Virus record (IMG/VR): IMGVR_UViG_3300032280_000320
Span: 1 to 64,000 of that record
Strand: one strand, 5' to 3'
Origin: a virus
Taxonomy: Duplodnaviria; Caudoviricetes
DNA: 64,000 nucleotides
Below are positions 28,511-38,809 of this stretch, piece by piece. The notes beneath the pieces are model-generated. The model ran no database searches and had not been told where the DNA came from. It saw nothing but the letters and a program-made list of their open reading frames with translations. The stretch's first letter is position 1, and the number at the start of each line of letters is the position of its first letter. The position numbers and the translations under genes were made by a program.

Positions 28511-29100
28511 TACTCCGCCGTCTTTCTAATCCAAACCTGCCAACCAACATGAATGACAGATATTTTTTCTTTATAAATATCTAAAAACGCATCAATAGCT
28601 TTTTTAGGATTATACTGACTGCCTTCTGGATGCTGCCATTCATAATCATCAAATGCCATAATACCATTAATCTTAAGAATACTCCAGCTTAAAACGGCAT
28701 CTTCTAGTATTGCTTTTGCAGAATGATCTCCATCAATATATATAAAATCAAATAATGTTTCTCTATTTTTAATTAAATAATCAAAGCTAAATGATTTATG
28801 CTTATTTATTTTATCTTTATAAGGTTCTATTTGTTTATCAAACTCTGCTTCTATTTCTGACCAGTCGTATATTAAATTTTCTACATCAACAAGCCAAGGG
28901 TCAACGCAATCTAAATAAGAATTTTTTTCAGTCAAAATGTTTTTAGCAATCCATGCTGAGCTGTCGCCACAAAATGATCCTATTTCTAAAAACCTTAAAT
29001 TATCTTGGCCAGTATACTCAGAAAGTATGCTTCCAAATGTTTCTTGAGTTGATCCCATCTCAAACCAATTTGGTATCTTTTCTGAAGTTTCTCTAGACAT
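28510..29100 (-). CDS. Class I SAM methyltransferase (Methyltransf_24-like)
   Basis: LEIGSFCGDS, FDFIYIDGDH, G.MAFDDY.W. Confidence 0.9.
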   Translation of the reverse strand: MSRETSEKIPNWFEMGSTQETFGSILSEYTGQDNLRFLEIGSFCGDSSAWIAKNILTEKNSYLDCVDPWLVDVENLIYDWSEIEAEFDKQIEPYKDKINKHKSFSFDYLIKNRETLFDFIYIDGDHSAKAILEDAVLSWSILKINGIMAFDDYEWQHPEGSQYNPKKAIDAFLDIYKEKISVIHVGWQVWIRKTAE

Positions 29101-29866
29101 CTATAGTTCTCTTTCCTGGTATGGTCATTGGCATCTCTTTCTGTTGGAATTGAGATGTTGTTTCATAAAGCTCACAGCCTGGTAACGCTGTAGGTGATAT
29201 TGTGTAAGTATTAAAAACTTTGTTAAACTTATTAAAAATAAACCAATCTATTGGTTCTGTTATTCCATTTTCTTTAACAAAATATAATATTTTTTTTGCT
29301 GAATCTCTATTTACTATGTAACAAAGTAAAGACCAATCTTGATATGCCTCAACTACATCACTTTCAAATGAAACTTCTGGGGGAAGTATGTTCCTATATA
29401 TTGGAAATCCTGGTATTGAGTTGTCAACCTCTACTCCATACCCCAACCAATATTCTTTGGGATGAACAAAATAACTGAATACGTCCCAATTGTCTGGCAG
29501 TAGCATCATATACTTTTCTAGAAGACTTAAGAATAAGTCTTTATCTTTTACATAGATGTCATCTTCCATTAGCATTAGATACCCTTTATCAGATTCAATA
29601 AAGTTTTTCATTGCTATTAGGTTACTTGCCCATATACCAAGCTCTCCCCATTTAAACTTTGATCTTGGATCTAGTATTTGATACTTGTCTTGGGCATCAA
29701 AGTAATCTTTTTCAGAAGATATTAAAATTGTAGGCGTGTCAAGTTTGCTTATCTTATCAGATAAATATAAGTCAAGCTCATCAAATAGAGACTGCCTTAT
29801 ATTGGCGGAGTCTCCATATCCTGGTATATGGAATATGCTGTAGCAAAATTTATCTAAGACACTCAT
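29093..29866 (-). CDS. Glycosyltransferase family 25-like
   Basis: GELGIWASN, LMEDD, LPDNWD, CYIVN..AKKI, PIDW. Confidence 0.8.
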   Translation of the reverse strand: MSVLDKFCYSIFHIPGYGDSANIRQSLFDELDLYLSDKISKLDTPTILISSEKDYFDAQDKYQILDPRSKFKWGELGIWASNLIAMKNFIESDKGYLMLMEDDIYVKDKDLFLSLLEKYMMLLPDNWDVFSYFVHPKEYWLGYGVEVDNSIPGFPIYRNILPPEVSFESDVVEAYQDWSLLCYIVNRDSAKKILYFVKENGITEPIDWFIFNKFNKVFNTYTISPTALPGCELYETTSQFQQKEMPMTIPGKRTIDV

Positions 29867-30009
29867 CTTTTTTTAATTAATCCAAACTGCTCTAGGTATC
29901 TTTGTATAGTCATAGCAGATACTTGACACTCTTTTCCAATTTCAGTGACTGTCTTTCTTTGAACTACATATCTTCTATACAGCCACTCTTTACTTTGGTA
30001 AAGCTTCAC
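29863..30009 (-). CDS. Small HTH DNA-binding protein (48 aa, not in track)
   Basis: MKLYQSKEWLYRRYVVQRKTVTEIGKECQVSAMTIQRYLEQFGL; coupled at both ends. Confidence 0.75.
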   Translation of the reverse strand: MKLYQSKEWLYRRYVVQRKTVTEIGKECQVSAMTIQRYLEQFGLIKKR

Positions 30010-30599
30010 ATTGTGTTCCATTTAAAATGCTGTCTGTAATCTGTGTAACCGATAGCGCTTCTATCAACCCACCAGTCTTCATGGAAATCTCTAACCACAA
30101 GAGCATATCCAAGTGAATCAAGTATCTGTCTTTGTGCATCACGCATGGCTATATTATTTAAAACTAAATTAGCATCATGCTCAAATGTTATTACTGTAAA
30201 TCTATACTGGTTTAATGGTACTGCTAATAAGCCATGTAAAGATAGGTATGGGTTGCCAACGGCATATCCATTTGGATCATACCCTCCATCAATATCTACC
30301 TGTAGGTAATCTATCTGCTTTGGAAAATTGTTCTCTTCAAAATAATTAATATAATTAAACTGAGTAGCGTCTCCAAGAATACATGGATTCTTTCTATTTT
30401 CTGATACCTCTTTGTGAAATTCTGGAACTATCTCAAAAGAAACGCCCTTCCAGTCAAACTCATTTTCTAGTCTATAGGTATTGCTTCCATTCTTAGAATG
30501 AAATGCTCCTAGCTCTACATAGTATCCTTCTTTTTTATTATTAAGTAATTTTAAAACAAACTCTTCTTGATTACTCTTCTCTTGCCAGTCTGGACTCAT
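30006..30599 (-). CDS. FkbM-like methyltransferase
   Basis: GYYVELGA..SNTY.LE..W.G, IDYLQVDID, ITFEH, EDWWV. Confidence 0.8.
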   Translation of the reverse strand: MSPDWQEKSNQEEFVLKLLNNKKEGYYVELGAFHSKNGSNTYRLENEFDWKGVSFEIVPEFHKEVSENRKNPCILGDATQFNYINYFEENNFPKQIDYLQVDIDGGYDPNGYAVGNPYLSLHGLLAVPLNQYRFTVITFEHDANLVLNNIAMRDAQRQILDSLGYALVVRDFHEDWWVDRSAIGYTDYRQHFKWNTM

Positions 30600-31162
30600 C
30601 GTTTAGTTAACACCTCATTGGAATAATGTGCAATGCCGAATGCATCTGCAACATCAAAATCATTTAAATCTAATCCGTACATCTTATTAAAATAATCAAC
30701 AGTTCTTTGCTTACGCATATTCCTTAATTGATTTTTGTACCAAGAGTCAGCATAGCCTGGATTCTTGATACGTATTGCTTCCTTCTCAGCTTTTGTTGGG
30801 TTTTTATTGCCAATATGCGCCTGCCATGAGCTGGGTGGTATTGTTATAACTTTTGCCCCCGTGGACATAAGCTCTGCAATTACAACTCCATACACATAAG
30901 ACAATTTTATCACAGCATCTGGTGATCTGACAAGTATGGCACCTTCAACAACTATATAGTCTGACCTAAGTTCCTCTAGCATAACAGACATTTTCTTTTT
31001 AGCATCATATATCTTTTCGTATATGTCCATGCCAGCAAGATCAATCTTACCCCACTTTAATGGCTTGTTGCCTTCCATTAGGCAAAAAGCAATAGAGTTT
31101 GTTGACGCATCTATCCCAAGAACACGATGCGCTTTTGTCTTTACAAGGCTACTTAATTTCAT
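30596..31162 (-). CDS. ruvC: RuvC-like Holliday junction resolvase
   Basis: LGIDAS, VVE, D.ADAFGIA. Confidence 0.85.
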   Translation of the reverse strand: MKLSSLVKTKAHRVLGIDASTNSIAFCLMEGNKPLKWGKIDLAGMDIYEKIYDAKKKMSVMLEELRSDYIVVEGAILVRSPDAVIKLSYVYGVVIAELMSTGAKVITIPPSSWQAHIGNKNPTKAEKEAIRIKNPGYADSWYKNQLRNMRKQRTVDYFNKMYGLDLNDFDVADAFGIAHYSNEVLTKR

Positions 31163-31424
31163 CTATAATTTCCTGAAGCAAATTTTTAGTCCTGCTTCTT
31201 TTCTTTTCGCAATGGGCGCATATAATGTCAGTGTTGTATCTGCTTAACTTAGCCTTACATTTAGAACACTGTCTAACAGATCCATTCTTGATTGCTTTTC
31301 TTTCATAATATTTTTCCATTATCCTTCTGTTTGTTGCAACTCTGCAACACTCATCAGTACAATATTTTTGATTATGAGTCTTAGGATCAAAATCCTTTGC
31401 ACACTCTTTATTTGAACATATCAT
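31149..31424 (-). CDS. Zinc-finger protein
   Basis: C...C..F.PKTHNQKYC..C; C..C; C..C. Confidence 0.75.
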   Translation of the reverse strand: MICSNKECAKDFDPKTHNQKYCTDECCRVATNRRIMEKYYERKAIKNGSVRQCSKCKAKLSRYNTDIICAHCEKKRSRTKNLLQEIIDEIK

Positions 31425-32212
31425 AATGTTGGTATTCTGTACAGTTCTATCTGCACAGTTCCTGTTGGTCCCGATTTATCGTAGCATGCTTTTTTGACAG
31501 GGCAATACGTACATGGCATCTTAGATTTAGTTACACCCGCAGGGCGCATTGGCAAGTCTCCATTTTGAAAATTATCCCAAACTTCTTGCATCCAAAGGAA
31601 TGTATCTTCAATTATTTTTTTATTCTTATCGTTCATTGATACTGGTATAATTAGGATCTCTTGTGTATTCTTATTTTCATAAAGAAAGAATCCTTCTTTT
31701 GCATTCTTAAGTTTCATGTATGTAAGTAACTGTAGCATATGGTTATCTGAGGACTTCATCTCTGATTGTCTTGTATCCCACACTTCTTGCTTTGCCGTTT
31801 TAATTTCACCAATTACGGTTTCGCCATCATACTCCATGATTAAGTCAATGAATCCACGAATTGGTGGATATTCGTTTATGATCTCTTCTTCTTCTGCTAC
31901 AAATTGAGGCATTGTAGAAATAAGTTTTTGAAGTCTTTCATGAGCCTGTGTGCCCTGTGCCATGTTAGCAACAGCAACGGCATCATTGTCATCAATGAAC
32001 ATTGCTCCACTAAATGCCATGTACCAATATCTTGGGCATGTTCCATGGCCGTATCCTAAAGAGCTAGGGCTAAATGATTTCTTTGTCATCTCTCCATCAG
32101 CACGTTTAGTATTACGGTATGACTCATCAAGCAGCTGGGCAAATAATTCTGGATCAAAGTGTTTGCCAGTATGCTTTTTAAACTTTAAATTTTTTACAAT
32201 GTCTCTTGCCAT
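31421..32212 (-). CDS. Cas4-like PD-(D/E)xK exonuclease
   Basis: CPR, GT..H, G.ID, EIKT, QL..Y, C..C.....C. Confidence 0.88.
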   Translation of the reverse strand: MARDIVKNLKFKKHTGKHFDPELFAQLLDESYRNTKRADGEMTKKSFSPSSLGYGHGTCPRYWYMAFSGAMFIDDNDAVAVANMAQGTQAHERLQKLISTMPQFVAEEEEIINEYPPIRGFIDLIMEYDGETVIGEIKTAKQEVWDTRQSEMKSSDNHMLQLLTYMKLKNAKEGFFLYENKNTQEILIIPVSMNDKNKKIIEDTFLWMQEVWDNFQNGDLPMRPAGVTKSKMPCTYCPVKKACYDKSGPTGTVQIELYRIPTL

Positions 32213-32551
32213 TTATGAATTGTACCTAACGACATACTTAAGTGCATCTACAAGTTTGTCTATGGACTCCTTTACTGAATAATAAATATTCTTTTTATTG
32301 TTGTTTGCTGTTCCAGCCTTGTCTTTTGCAATAGTAGAATATACTGAAGCAAGTACGGCAAACTTAGTTGACATAGCCTGCAGCTCCATAATTAAATGTG
32401 GAGCTTTAGCAGATGGTACGTCTGGGTTCATTAATAATTTTACCACAATAGCCAGAGCTTTATCTAAATGCTCATCCTTCATAAACTCATGCAGGTCATT
32501 GAACTCTGTGATATCGCTTATCAACTCAAGTGTATTTTTATCTTCTGCCAT
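32213..32551 (-). CDS. Hypothetical protein
   Basis: Helical ORF ending DKLVDALKY. Confidence 0.75.
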   Translation of the reverse strand: MAEDKNTLELISDITEFNDLHEFMKDEHLDKALAIVVKLLMNPDVPSAKAPHLIMELQAMSTKFAVLASVYSTIAKDKAGTANNNKKNIYYSVKESIDKLVDALKYVVRYNS

Positions 32552-32641
32552 CTTTTTCCCTCTTGTCTAATTTGTCAATAAATAAACCAAGGCCGTAACC
32601 AATAATAAATCCAATTGCCGCCCCACAAATAAAAGAAATCA

Positions 32642-33028
32642 CTAGAATGGAACCTCTGCGTTCATGTCCCAGCTTGCGCTAGACGAAGCCTTCTCACGTG
32701 AAACAGACCATGGAGTCAAGCCAATGCTAGTGGCTTTAATTTCATAACTATTTTTGGTTTGTCCCGTTTCTTTGTCTTTCCATGTCTCTTCATAGATTAC
32801 TCCAGAGATAGTAACCTCTTGTCCTTTTTTAAGGACATCTTTAGCTTGCTCTGCAAGTCTATTCCAAACTTTAACTGTCCACCAAGAAGTTGGACCGTCT
32901 TTCCATTCTCCAGTGGAGTCATCTCTAATACGGTCATTGGTTGCAACTCTTAGCCTTAATCCGCCATTGCCTAAAGCAACTGGATCCTGCCCAATCTTTC
33001 CAACAAAACTAACATCTGGATTACTCAT
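32642..33028 (-). CDS. ssb: Single-stranded DNA-binding protein, bacterial type
   Basis: LRVAT, W.D.PT.W..V.VW..LAE, L.KG..V, C-terminal VPF. Confidence 0.88.
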   Translation of the reverse strand: MSNPDVSFVGKIGQDPVALGNGGLRLRVATNDRIRDDSTGEWKDGPTSWWTVKVWNRLAEQAKDVLKKGQEVTISGVIYEETWKDKETGQTKNSYEIKATSIGLTPWSVSREKASSSASWDMNAEVPF

Positions 33029-33326
33029 GATTTTCCTCCCAAAACGATATCAGTTCTTCTAATACCGTCCATTCAATGATTCCAAGACGAACCTTAGAAT
33101 CAGTTCCTATAATTATTTTTAACGCTGGGTGCATATCTCTACTTACTTTAAATGTATCAGTGCATATCTTAGACCACACTGGTTTGTTTAAAGTAAAAGA
33201 AGAAGATGCCTCCTTGTAATCAACAAGGAATTGATTCCATTTGGCATCACCCTTTTGATAATCTCCACGCCCACTATTCTTTTGTGCTTTTGCGCCATCT
33301 CTTTTAACTTCTGATCTTTCTGACAT
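33021..33326 (-). CDS. Holliday-junction-resolvase-like PD-(D/E)xK nuclease
   Basis: NSGRG..KGD, VDYKE. Confidence 0.7.
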   Translation of the reverse strand: MSERSEVKRDGAKAQKNSGRGDYQKGDAKWNQFLVDYKEASSSFTLNKPVWSKICTDTFKVSRDMHPALKIIIGTDSKVRLGIIEWTVLEELISFWEENHE

Positions 33327-33520
33327 TAGCCCACCTGATGCTTTGTTTCATGTCCATTAGAGCATGTCCATTGCATAGTTAAACTTTCTGGATCCCACAA
33401 CCCACCATCCACATCAAGCTCACATTTAGAACAAGGTCTAATACCTTCAAGGCTTTCCAATGTGGAACGAAGAGCCTCTTTCTGCTCTTTGTTGTTTAAA
33501 AATTCATTAAGATCTGGCAT
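33326..33520 (-). CDS. Zinc-ribbon protein
   Basis: CSKC...W.CSNGH. Confidence 0.7.
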   Translation of the reverse strand: MPDLNEFLNNKEQKEALRSTLESLEGIRPCSKCELDVDGGLWDPESLTMQWTCSNGHETKHQVG

Positions 33521-34511
33521 TTATTTTATCAGCCAATTCTATAACTACTTCTGGATTTTCTTTTAAGTAAGCAACTGCTTTTGCACGTCCCTGAAGTCTC
33601 TCTCCGTTTACTGTATACCAAGCTCCACCCTTTTCTACTGCACCAACCATCTCTGCAACATCTAGCGTTTCTCCGACTGCATCTACTCCTAAGATTTCTC
33701 CTTGATAGTAGAAGTCGTATTGTCCTGAAAGATTAGGGGGGCCGAGTTTGTTGTAATCAATAATCCAATTGACTGGTCTGCCAACTCTTTGCTCAATGAT
33801 TTTGTCACCAACTTTAATGCCCGCTTTAATCGCATTAGCCTCAGCTTCCGAAGACCATAACTTAATGACCGTGGAAGAGAAGAACTTAACTGCCATTCCT
33901 CCTGTCGGAATATGGGAGGCATGCATAGATCCAAATTGATTTCTTTGCTGTGAGATGAGTACCAATAGTGTATTTTTGTTTGCATAATTTAACATCTTGA
34001 CTGCATGAGTCATATCCTTTGCTTCTGCTCCGATTTGCTTAGTGTCTTGCAAATCTTTCATTTCATTTCCATCTTTTTCAAAATAAATTGCTGGCAATAA
34101 TGCTGAGATTGAGTCTACAACAATGATATCAACACCAGCATCCATTAGCTTTGTAGCAACATCTACCATATCGTTTACAGTTTTTGCTGGGGAATAGATA
34201 AGGGAAGCCGAATCTACTCCAAGCATCTCTGCCCACGACTGATCATATGAGGCCTCAGCATCAATCCAAGCGCAAGTCTTTCCTTCTTTTTGTGCCATAC
34301 CAATCATCTGCAAACAAAAAGAAGACTTACCAGCAGACTTATTTCCCCAGACTAATACCTGTCTTCCGTATCCAAGCCCGCCCTTTAATGCCATGTTTAA
34401 ACCAATGCTAGGTGTCAATTGCTTTTCAACTTTTACGTCTTGTGCAGACTGAACTCTTGCTCTAGTTTTTGGATCTAACTTTGCTAATATATCATTTATT
34501 TGTATAGTCAT
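33507..34511 (-). CDS. recA: RecA-like recombinase
   Basis: GNKSAGKS, WIDAE, VVDSISAL, ISQQR, TGG.AVKFFSS, GAWY. Confidence 0.93.
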   Translation of the reverse strand: MTIQINDILAKLDPKTRARVQSAQDVKVEKQLTPSIGLNMALKGGLGYGRQVLVWGNKSAGKSSFCLQMIGMAQKEGKTCAWIDAEASYDQSWAEMLGVDSASLIYSPAKTVNDMVDVATKLMDAGVDIIVVDSISALLPAIYFEKDGNEMKDLQDTKQIGAEAKDMTHAVKMLNYANKNTLLVLISQQRNQFGSMHASHIPTGGMAVKFFSSTVIKLWSSEAEANAIKAGIKVGDKIIEQRVGRPVNWIIDYNKLGPPNLSGQYDFYYQGEILGVDAVGETLDVAEMVGAVEKGGAWYTVNGERLQGRAKAVAYLKENPEVVIELADKINARS

Positions 34512-34540
34512 ATAAACCTTTTCTTTGTATTAGTATAGCA

Positions 34541-34882
34541 TTAAAACAAATTCCCGTGAAGCCTTTGTCTCTCTTTATTTTTATTTATCTTATTGTCCAT
34601 TACTTCATCCAAAGAATGTTCAACAAATCCTTCGTTCATCATTGCAGCATAAAGATCAAGCAGTCTAATTATTACATCAGCCATTTCTTCTACAATTTCT
34701 TCAGAGCCTTTATCTTTACGAATAGCCTCCAGGACTTCAGTTACTTCTGAATGCACAAGAGCAAGCTTATTTCCAATCTTGTCATATGTAATCTCTCCAT
34801 CCCAGAAACCCTTTTCTAAAGCTGACTCATGCAGTAGCGCTGCAAATGCATCTAGCCCATAATCAGTGCTCAACGTTGTCAT
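34541..34882 (-). CDS. MazG-like NTP pyrophosphohydrolase
   Basis: LVHSEVTEVLEA, EEMADVIIRLLD, K..N..R..HG. Confidence 0.88.
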   Translation of the reverse strand: MTTLSTDYGLDAFAALLHESALEKGFWDGEITYDKIGNKLALVHSEVTEVLEAIRKDKGSEEIVEEMADVIIRLLDLYAAMMNEGFVEHSLDEVMDNKINKNKERQRLHGNLF

Positions 34883-35075
34883 CTTTTACCTTTAACTTAA
34901 ATACAAATGTCTGATTATCTGCATCGTAGTCAACCTGTAGTTCCTTGTCTTCATTTAAAGCTTCAATTAAAACACTGGTGGGAACCATTAGTTCTTTATG
35001 TGATTCTAATATTGCTACTAATATCTTTGTAACATTTAGTTCTGCAAAGATATCCTCTGGTGCTTCTTCTGTCAT
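34863..35075 (-). CDS. Hypothetical protein
   Basis: Coupled ORF. Confidence 0.7.
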   Translation of the reverse strand: MTEEAPEDIFAELNVTKILVAILESHKELMVPTSVLIEALNEDKELQVDYDADNQTFVFKLKVKDDNVEH

Positions 35076-38000
35076 AGTATTTCCTTTATATTTAATGTGC
35101 CGTCATCTAATTTAGATAGCACAACCTTACATTTCATTCCCTCTCGCATCTTGGCAAGAGACATCTTATACATTGTTGGAAAAGCAATAACTCTAGTTAA
35201 TTCTTTATCCTTGTTAGACAATACAATATGGCTCATTTGCTTTCCAGCTTTGGTTGTATATGGGGTAAAGTTAACTACAATATACTCATCTTCTTCTAGA
35301 TCATATTCTTTTCTATATAGATAGTCAACAAACAAATCATCTGACTTAGGATCAATATCACTTACCTTAATATATCTGGCAATACGATTATCTCCAACTA
35401 AAATAAAATACATTTGATTTGTTTCAATTTGTGTCTGCTCTGTATGGAATAAACCAATAGAACCAGTTTCATCTACCAGTTCAACTCTTGCCCAGCCACT
35501 TCCACGCTTAATTGATTTAACCATTCCAAACATTACAAATGAACCTAGGTCATCGAAGTCTTGAATTGGTCTTGCCTGTGCTTTAATGCGTGGCGGAATT
35601 CCAGCTAAATTAAATGTTGGTATTCCTAGGTATTCGTAGTAGTTGTCTTTCTCGTTACCTTGTCTTGGATTATCGTCAAAAGCCGCACCACCGATGGAAT
35701 TAAGAGCAGTGATAGCCCTGCTATTAATGCCGCTACCTTTTTTCGACGCTTTATCAATGAAATCAACATAGTCTTTGTATGGTCTCTTTTCTATGATCTT
35801 GTTTGCAATACTGTCTGAGATAAACTTTACCTCAGCTAAACCAAATCTAATAGACTCTCCTTGTAAAGAGAAGTAAATATCAGACTCGTTAATGTGTGGA
35901 AGCTTGATACTCAAGCCAAGTCTTTTTGCTTCAATTAAATATTCTGTTCTTGCGTCCTTGTCATTTTCGTTTTTAAGAATTGAAAACATGAACTCAAGAG
36001 GATAATAGGACTTAAGCCAAGCAGTATAATAACTAAGCATAGAGTAAGCAACAGCATGGGAACGGTTGAAAGAATAACCAGCATGCGCTTCAAAGTCGTG
36101 CCAAAGCGCCTCTGCTTTTTTCTTAGTAATGTGTTCTGAAGCCCCAGTAACAAACTTATCCTTGAATTGGTCAAACTCTTTTGCATCTTTCTTCTTTCCA
36201 ATAATCTTGCGGACCTTATCAGCCTCTGCCCAAGTCATACCTCCCAAGTGTACGCATGCCTGCATAACTTGCTCTTGATATATAATAACACCATATGTGT
36301 TTTCTGTAAAAGGCTTAAGAATGGTGTGCGTATACTCTACCGCTTCACGACCATGCTTACGATTAATATAAGATGCACCAACTGTATTCATCGCACCAGG
36401 GCGAACTAGGGCATTTGATGCAGCAAGATCTTCAAATTTGTCTACACCCATTTTCATTAAAAGGTTTGTGTATGGGGTTGCTTCTGCCTGAAACACTCCC
36501 TTTGTATAACCTTCTGAAAGCATCTGATAAACCTTTGGGTCATCCATAGATAGCCCAGAAAGATTAATATCCTTCTTGTGTCTTTTCTTAATTGATCCAA
36601 GAGTGTCTGAGATTACAGATAAAGTTTTAAGACCTAGCGCATCTAGCTTAATGAGACCAATGTCTGCAACGGTATCCATATCATATGCTACAACAGGAAT
36701 TCTTCCTGAAACTTTGTCCTGTGAGTCTTCACGAGATTCAACTGGGGCAAACTTTCGTAGATCATCTTTTGCTACCACAACTCCAGCAGCATGAACTCCA
36801 ACTGACCTGATTCTTCCACGAAGTCTGTCTGCAAGCCAAACTACTTCTGGGTAGCGCAATCTAAATTCTTTTGTGTTTGGTGAGTCAATAAAATCTTCAA
36901 ATGTATCTACAGACTTAAGTGCACGATTAACCTCTTGAAGTGGAACCATAAATACACGAGCAGCATCTCTAACAACTCCCTTATCCTTAAAGTAGGTATA
37001 GGTTGAAATAGAAGCAACATGCTTAAATCTTTTCTTTAAATAATCTTTAACCTCTTTGCGACGACGGTCTTCAAAGTCAGTATCAATATCTGGAAAGTCA
37101 TTTCGTTCTGGGTTAATAAAACGGAAGAACAGCAAATCATATTCAATTGGATCTACATCTGTAATTCCAAGAGCATAGCAAACTAATGATCCAGCTGCTG
37201 AACCACGGCCAGGACCAACACGAATATCATTTTCCTTGGCCCAGTTAATCATGTCTGCAACCACTAGGAAATAGGAGGCAAAATTCTTTGAAGCAATAAT
37301 GTCTAACTCTTCCCTTAGCCTGTCCCTATAAATAGGGTCTGAAGCCTTCTGAAGGCTCTCTAAGCCCTTTTCAGACAACTCTAGTAGTCTTTCATCGGCA
37401 TCAGTCTTTGGGACTGGCAGAAGGTCTAGGCCCTGATAGAAATCATACTCCTCAATCTTATTTGCAATCTCCATAGTATTTTCGTATATGTCTGTTCGAT
37501 TAATTCCAGCCTTATTAAAGTCTGCCTCAATTTCTGAGCGTGACTGAATAAATAGGTTATAGTCTTGGAATGATATTCTTCTATCTGGATAAAGATAATT
37601 AAATCTATCAAGCATGTCTTTAATATTTCTAGACATGTCAAAATCTGTATCCTTGTCTGCCTTTGGTGATGTGGATAGAATAAGTAATGCTTCTTCTAAT
37701 ATTCTGTCTTCTTCTTTAGCAAAGTGAGCATCTCCTGTTGCCACCGCTTTAATTTTAAGTTCATCTGCTAACTCAAGAAGCTTTGAATTTATTTCTTGGG
37801 GATTGTGAGACTGCACTTCAATATAGAAATCCTCAGCAAAATTTTTCTTAAAATCTTGTAGGATAATCTTTGCTTCTTTGAACTCACCCTTTTCAATGCA
37901 CTTCGAAATAAGACCATTAAGACATCCAGAAAGAACGATAATACCTTCTTTGTATTCATTTAAAACCTCTCTATCAATGCGTGGCTTATGGTAAAAGCCT

Positions 38001-38347
38001 TCATTCCACGCAAGCTCTTGAAGCGTGTTAATATTTTCTAGCCCCTTCTTATTTTTTGCAAGAAGGATAATATGGTTGTAAGCCTGAATAGACTTATCTG
38101 TTTTAGATGATCTATCAAATCTATCTGTGGGGGAGATGTATGCCTCTACACCAAGGATTGGTTTAATTCCTAATTCTTTTGCAGCAATCTGCATGTCTCG
38201 GTGTGATGAAAGTGTTCCATGATCTGTAATTGCAATTGCTGTTTGCCCAGCATCTAGTGCAGCCTGACATAATTCTTTAGGTGAATTTAATCCATCCATT
38301 AATGAATAATATGAATGGACGTGTAGGTGTGTGAATTGATTACTCAA
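35072..38347 (-). CDS. dnaE: DNA polymerase III alpha subunit
   Basis: PHP HLHVHSYYS, TDHG; GRGSAAGS, PDIDTD, KLD.LGL, YSFNRSHA; no intein visible. Confidence 0.97.
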   Translation of the reverse strand: MSNQFTHLHVHSYYSLMDGLNSPKELCQAALDAGQTAIAITDHGTLSSHRDMQIAAKELGIKPILGVEAYISPTDRFDRSSKTDKSIQAYNHIILLAKNKKGLENINTLQELAWNEGFYHKPRIDREVLNEYKEGIIVLSGCLNGLISKCIEKGEFKEAKIILQDFKKNFAEDFYIEVQSHNPQEINSKLLELADELKIKAVATGDAHFAKEEDRILEEALLILSTSPKADKDTDFDMSRNIKDMLDRFNYLYPDRRISFQDYNLFIQSRSEIEADFNKAGINRTDIYENTMEIANKIEEYDFYQGLDLLPVPKTDADERLLELSEKGLESLQKASDPIYRDRLREELDIIASKNFASYFLVVADMINWAKENDIRVGPGRGSAAGSLVCYALGITDVDPIEYDLLFFRFINPERNDFPDIDTDFEDRRRKEVKDYLKKRFKHVASISTYTYFKDKGVVRDAARVFMVPLQEVNRALKSVDTFEDFIDSPNTKEFRLRYPEVVWLADRLRGRIRSVGVHAAGVVVAKDDLRKFAPVESREDSQDKVSGRIPVVAYDMDTVADIGLIKLDALGLKTLSVISDTLGSIKKRHKKDINLSGLSMDDPKVYQMLSEGYTKGVFQAEATPYTNLLMKMGVDKFEDLAASNALVRPGAMNTVGASYINRKHGREAVEYTHTILKPFTENTYGVIIYQEQVMQACVHLGGMTWAEADKVRKIIGKKKDAKEFDQFKDKFVTGASEHITKKKAEALWHDFEAHAGYSFNRSHAVAYSMLSYYTAWLKSYYPLEFMFSILKNENDKDARTEYLIEAKRLGLSIKLPHINESDIYFSLQGESIRFGLAEVKFISDSIANKIIEKRPYKDYVDFIDKASKKGSGINSRAITALNSIGGAAFDDNPRQGNEKDNYYEYLGIPTFNLAGIPPRIKAQARPIQDFDDLGSFVMFGMVKSIKRGSGWARVELVDETGSIGLFHTEQTQIETNQMYFILVGDNRIARYIKVSDIDPKSDDLFVDYLYRKEYDLEEDEYIVVNFTPYTTKAGKQMSHIVLSNKDKELTRVIAFPTMYKMSLAKMREGMKCKVVLSKLDDGTLNIKEIL

Positions 38348-38480
38348 AGTCTACCTGATTTTCAAAATACTGTAATGGGATTGTTTGTTTATCATCATCC
38401 ATTGCTCCGCACTTAACGCATGTAACCTGTCCATCTAAATCTAATTCAAAGTTGCATCCATACTTATTGCATATGCTCAT
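38340..38480 (-). CDS. Small zinc-ribbon protein (46 aa)
   Basis: MSICNKYGCNFELDLDGQVTCVKCGAMDD... Confidence 0.6.
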   Translation of the reverse strand: MSICNKYGCNFELDLDGQVTCVKCGAMDDDKQTIPLQYFENQVDFE

Positions 38481-38686
38481 TAGTATCCGCCCAAGCATTC
38501 ATTTCTAGTATGATAAAGTCTAATCTTTGTCATAGTTTTTTTAGTAGGTGCAAACAGCTCTTCCTTGCAGCAACTACAATTAGTGTGCCACTCTCTTGCA
38601 AAGAAGTCATACTGCATACCTTTATAGTTTGCATACTTCTTTGCTACAAATGTAGCAAATGGATCTGGTATTTCTAGGTTAATCAT
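38480..38686 (-). CDS. Small Cys/His protein
   Basis: CSCC..H....C; coupled. Confidence 0.65.
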   Translation of the reverse strand: MINLEIPDPFATFVAKKYANYKGMQYDFFAREWHTNCSCCKEELFAPTKKTMTKIRLYHTRNECLGGY

Positions 38687-38706
38687 TTCCGCCGTTTTCT
38701 ATTATG

Positions 38707-38779
38707 TACCAAAGGTGGGATTCGAACCCACGCTGTATAGATTTTAAGTCTACCGCCTCTACCGCTGGGCTACTCTGGC
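38707..38779 (-). tRNA. tRNA-Leu(TAA), short variable arm
   Basis: GCCAGAG/CTTTGGT, GTAGA-CTTAAAA-TCTAT, 5-nt variable loop, TTCGAAT. Confidence 0.92.
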
Positions 38780-38782
38780 AGA

Positions 38783-38804
38783 GTGGGGCGGTAACCCGCC
38801 CCAC
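38783..38804. other. GC-rich hairpin between the SSB gene and tRNA-Leu
   Basis: GTGGGGCGG-TAAC-CCGCCCCAC; no U-tract on the minus strand. Confidence 0.75.
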
Positions 38805-38809
38805 CTTTA

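Noticed and set aside
31421-32212. Cas4-like gene as part of a CRISPR-Cas system
   Set aside because: No repeat-spacer array or other cas genes seen; it sits among recombination genes as a solo phage exonuclease.
35072-38347. Inteins or introns in dnaE, terL, dnaB or recA
   Set aside because: Lengths and motif spacing are normal; no splice motifs or homing endonuclease seen.
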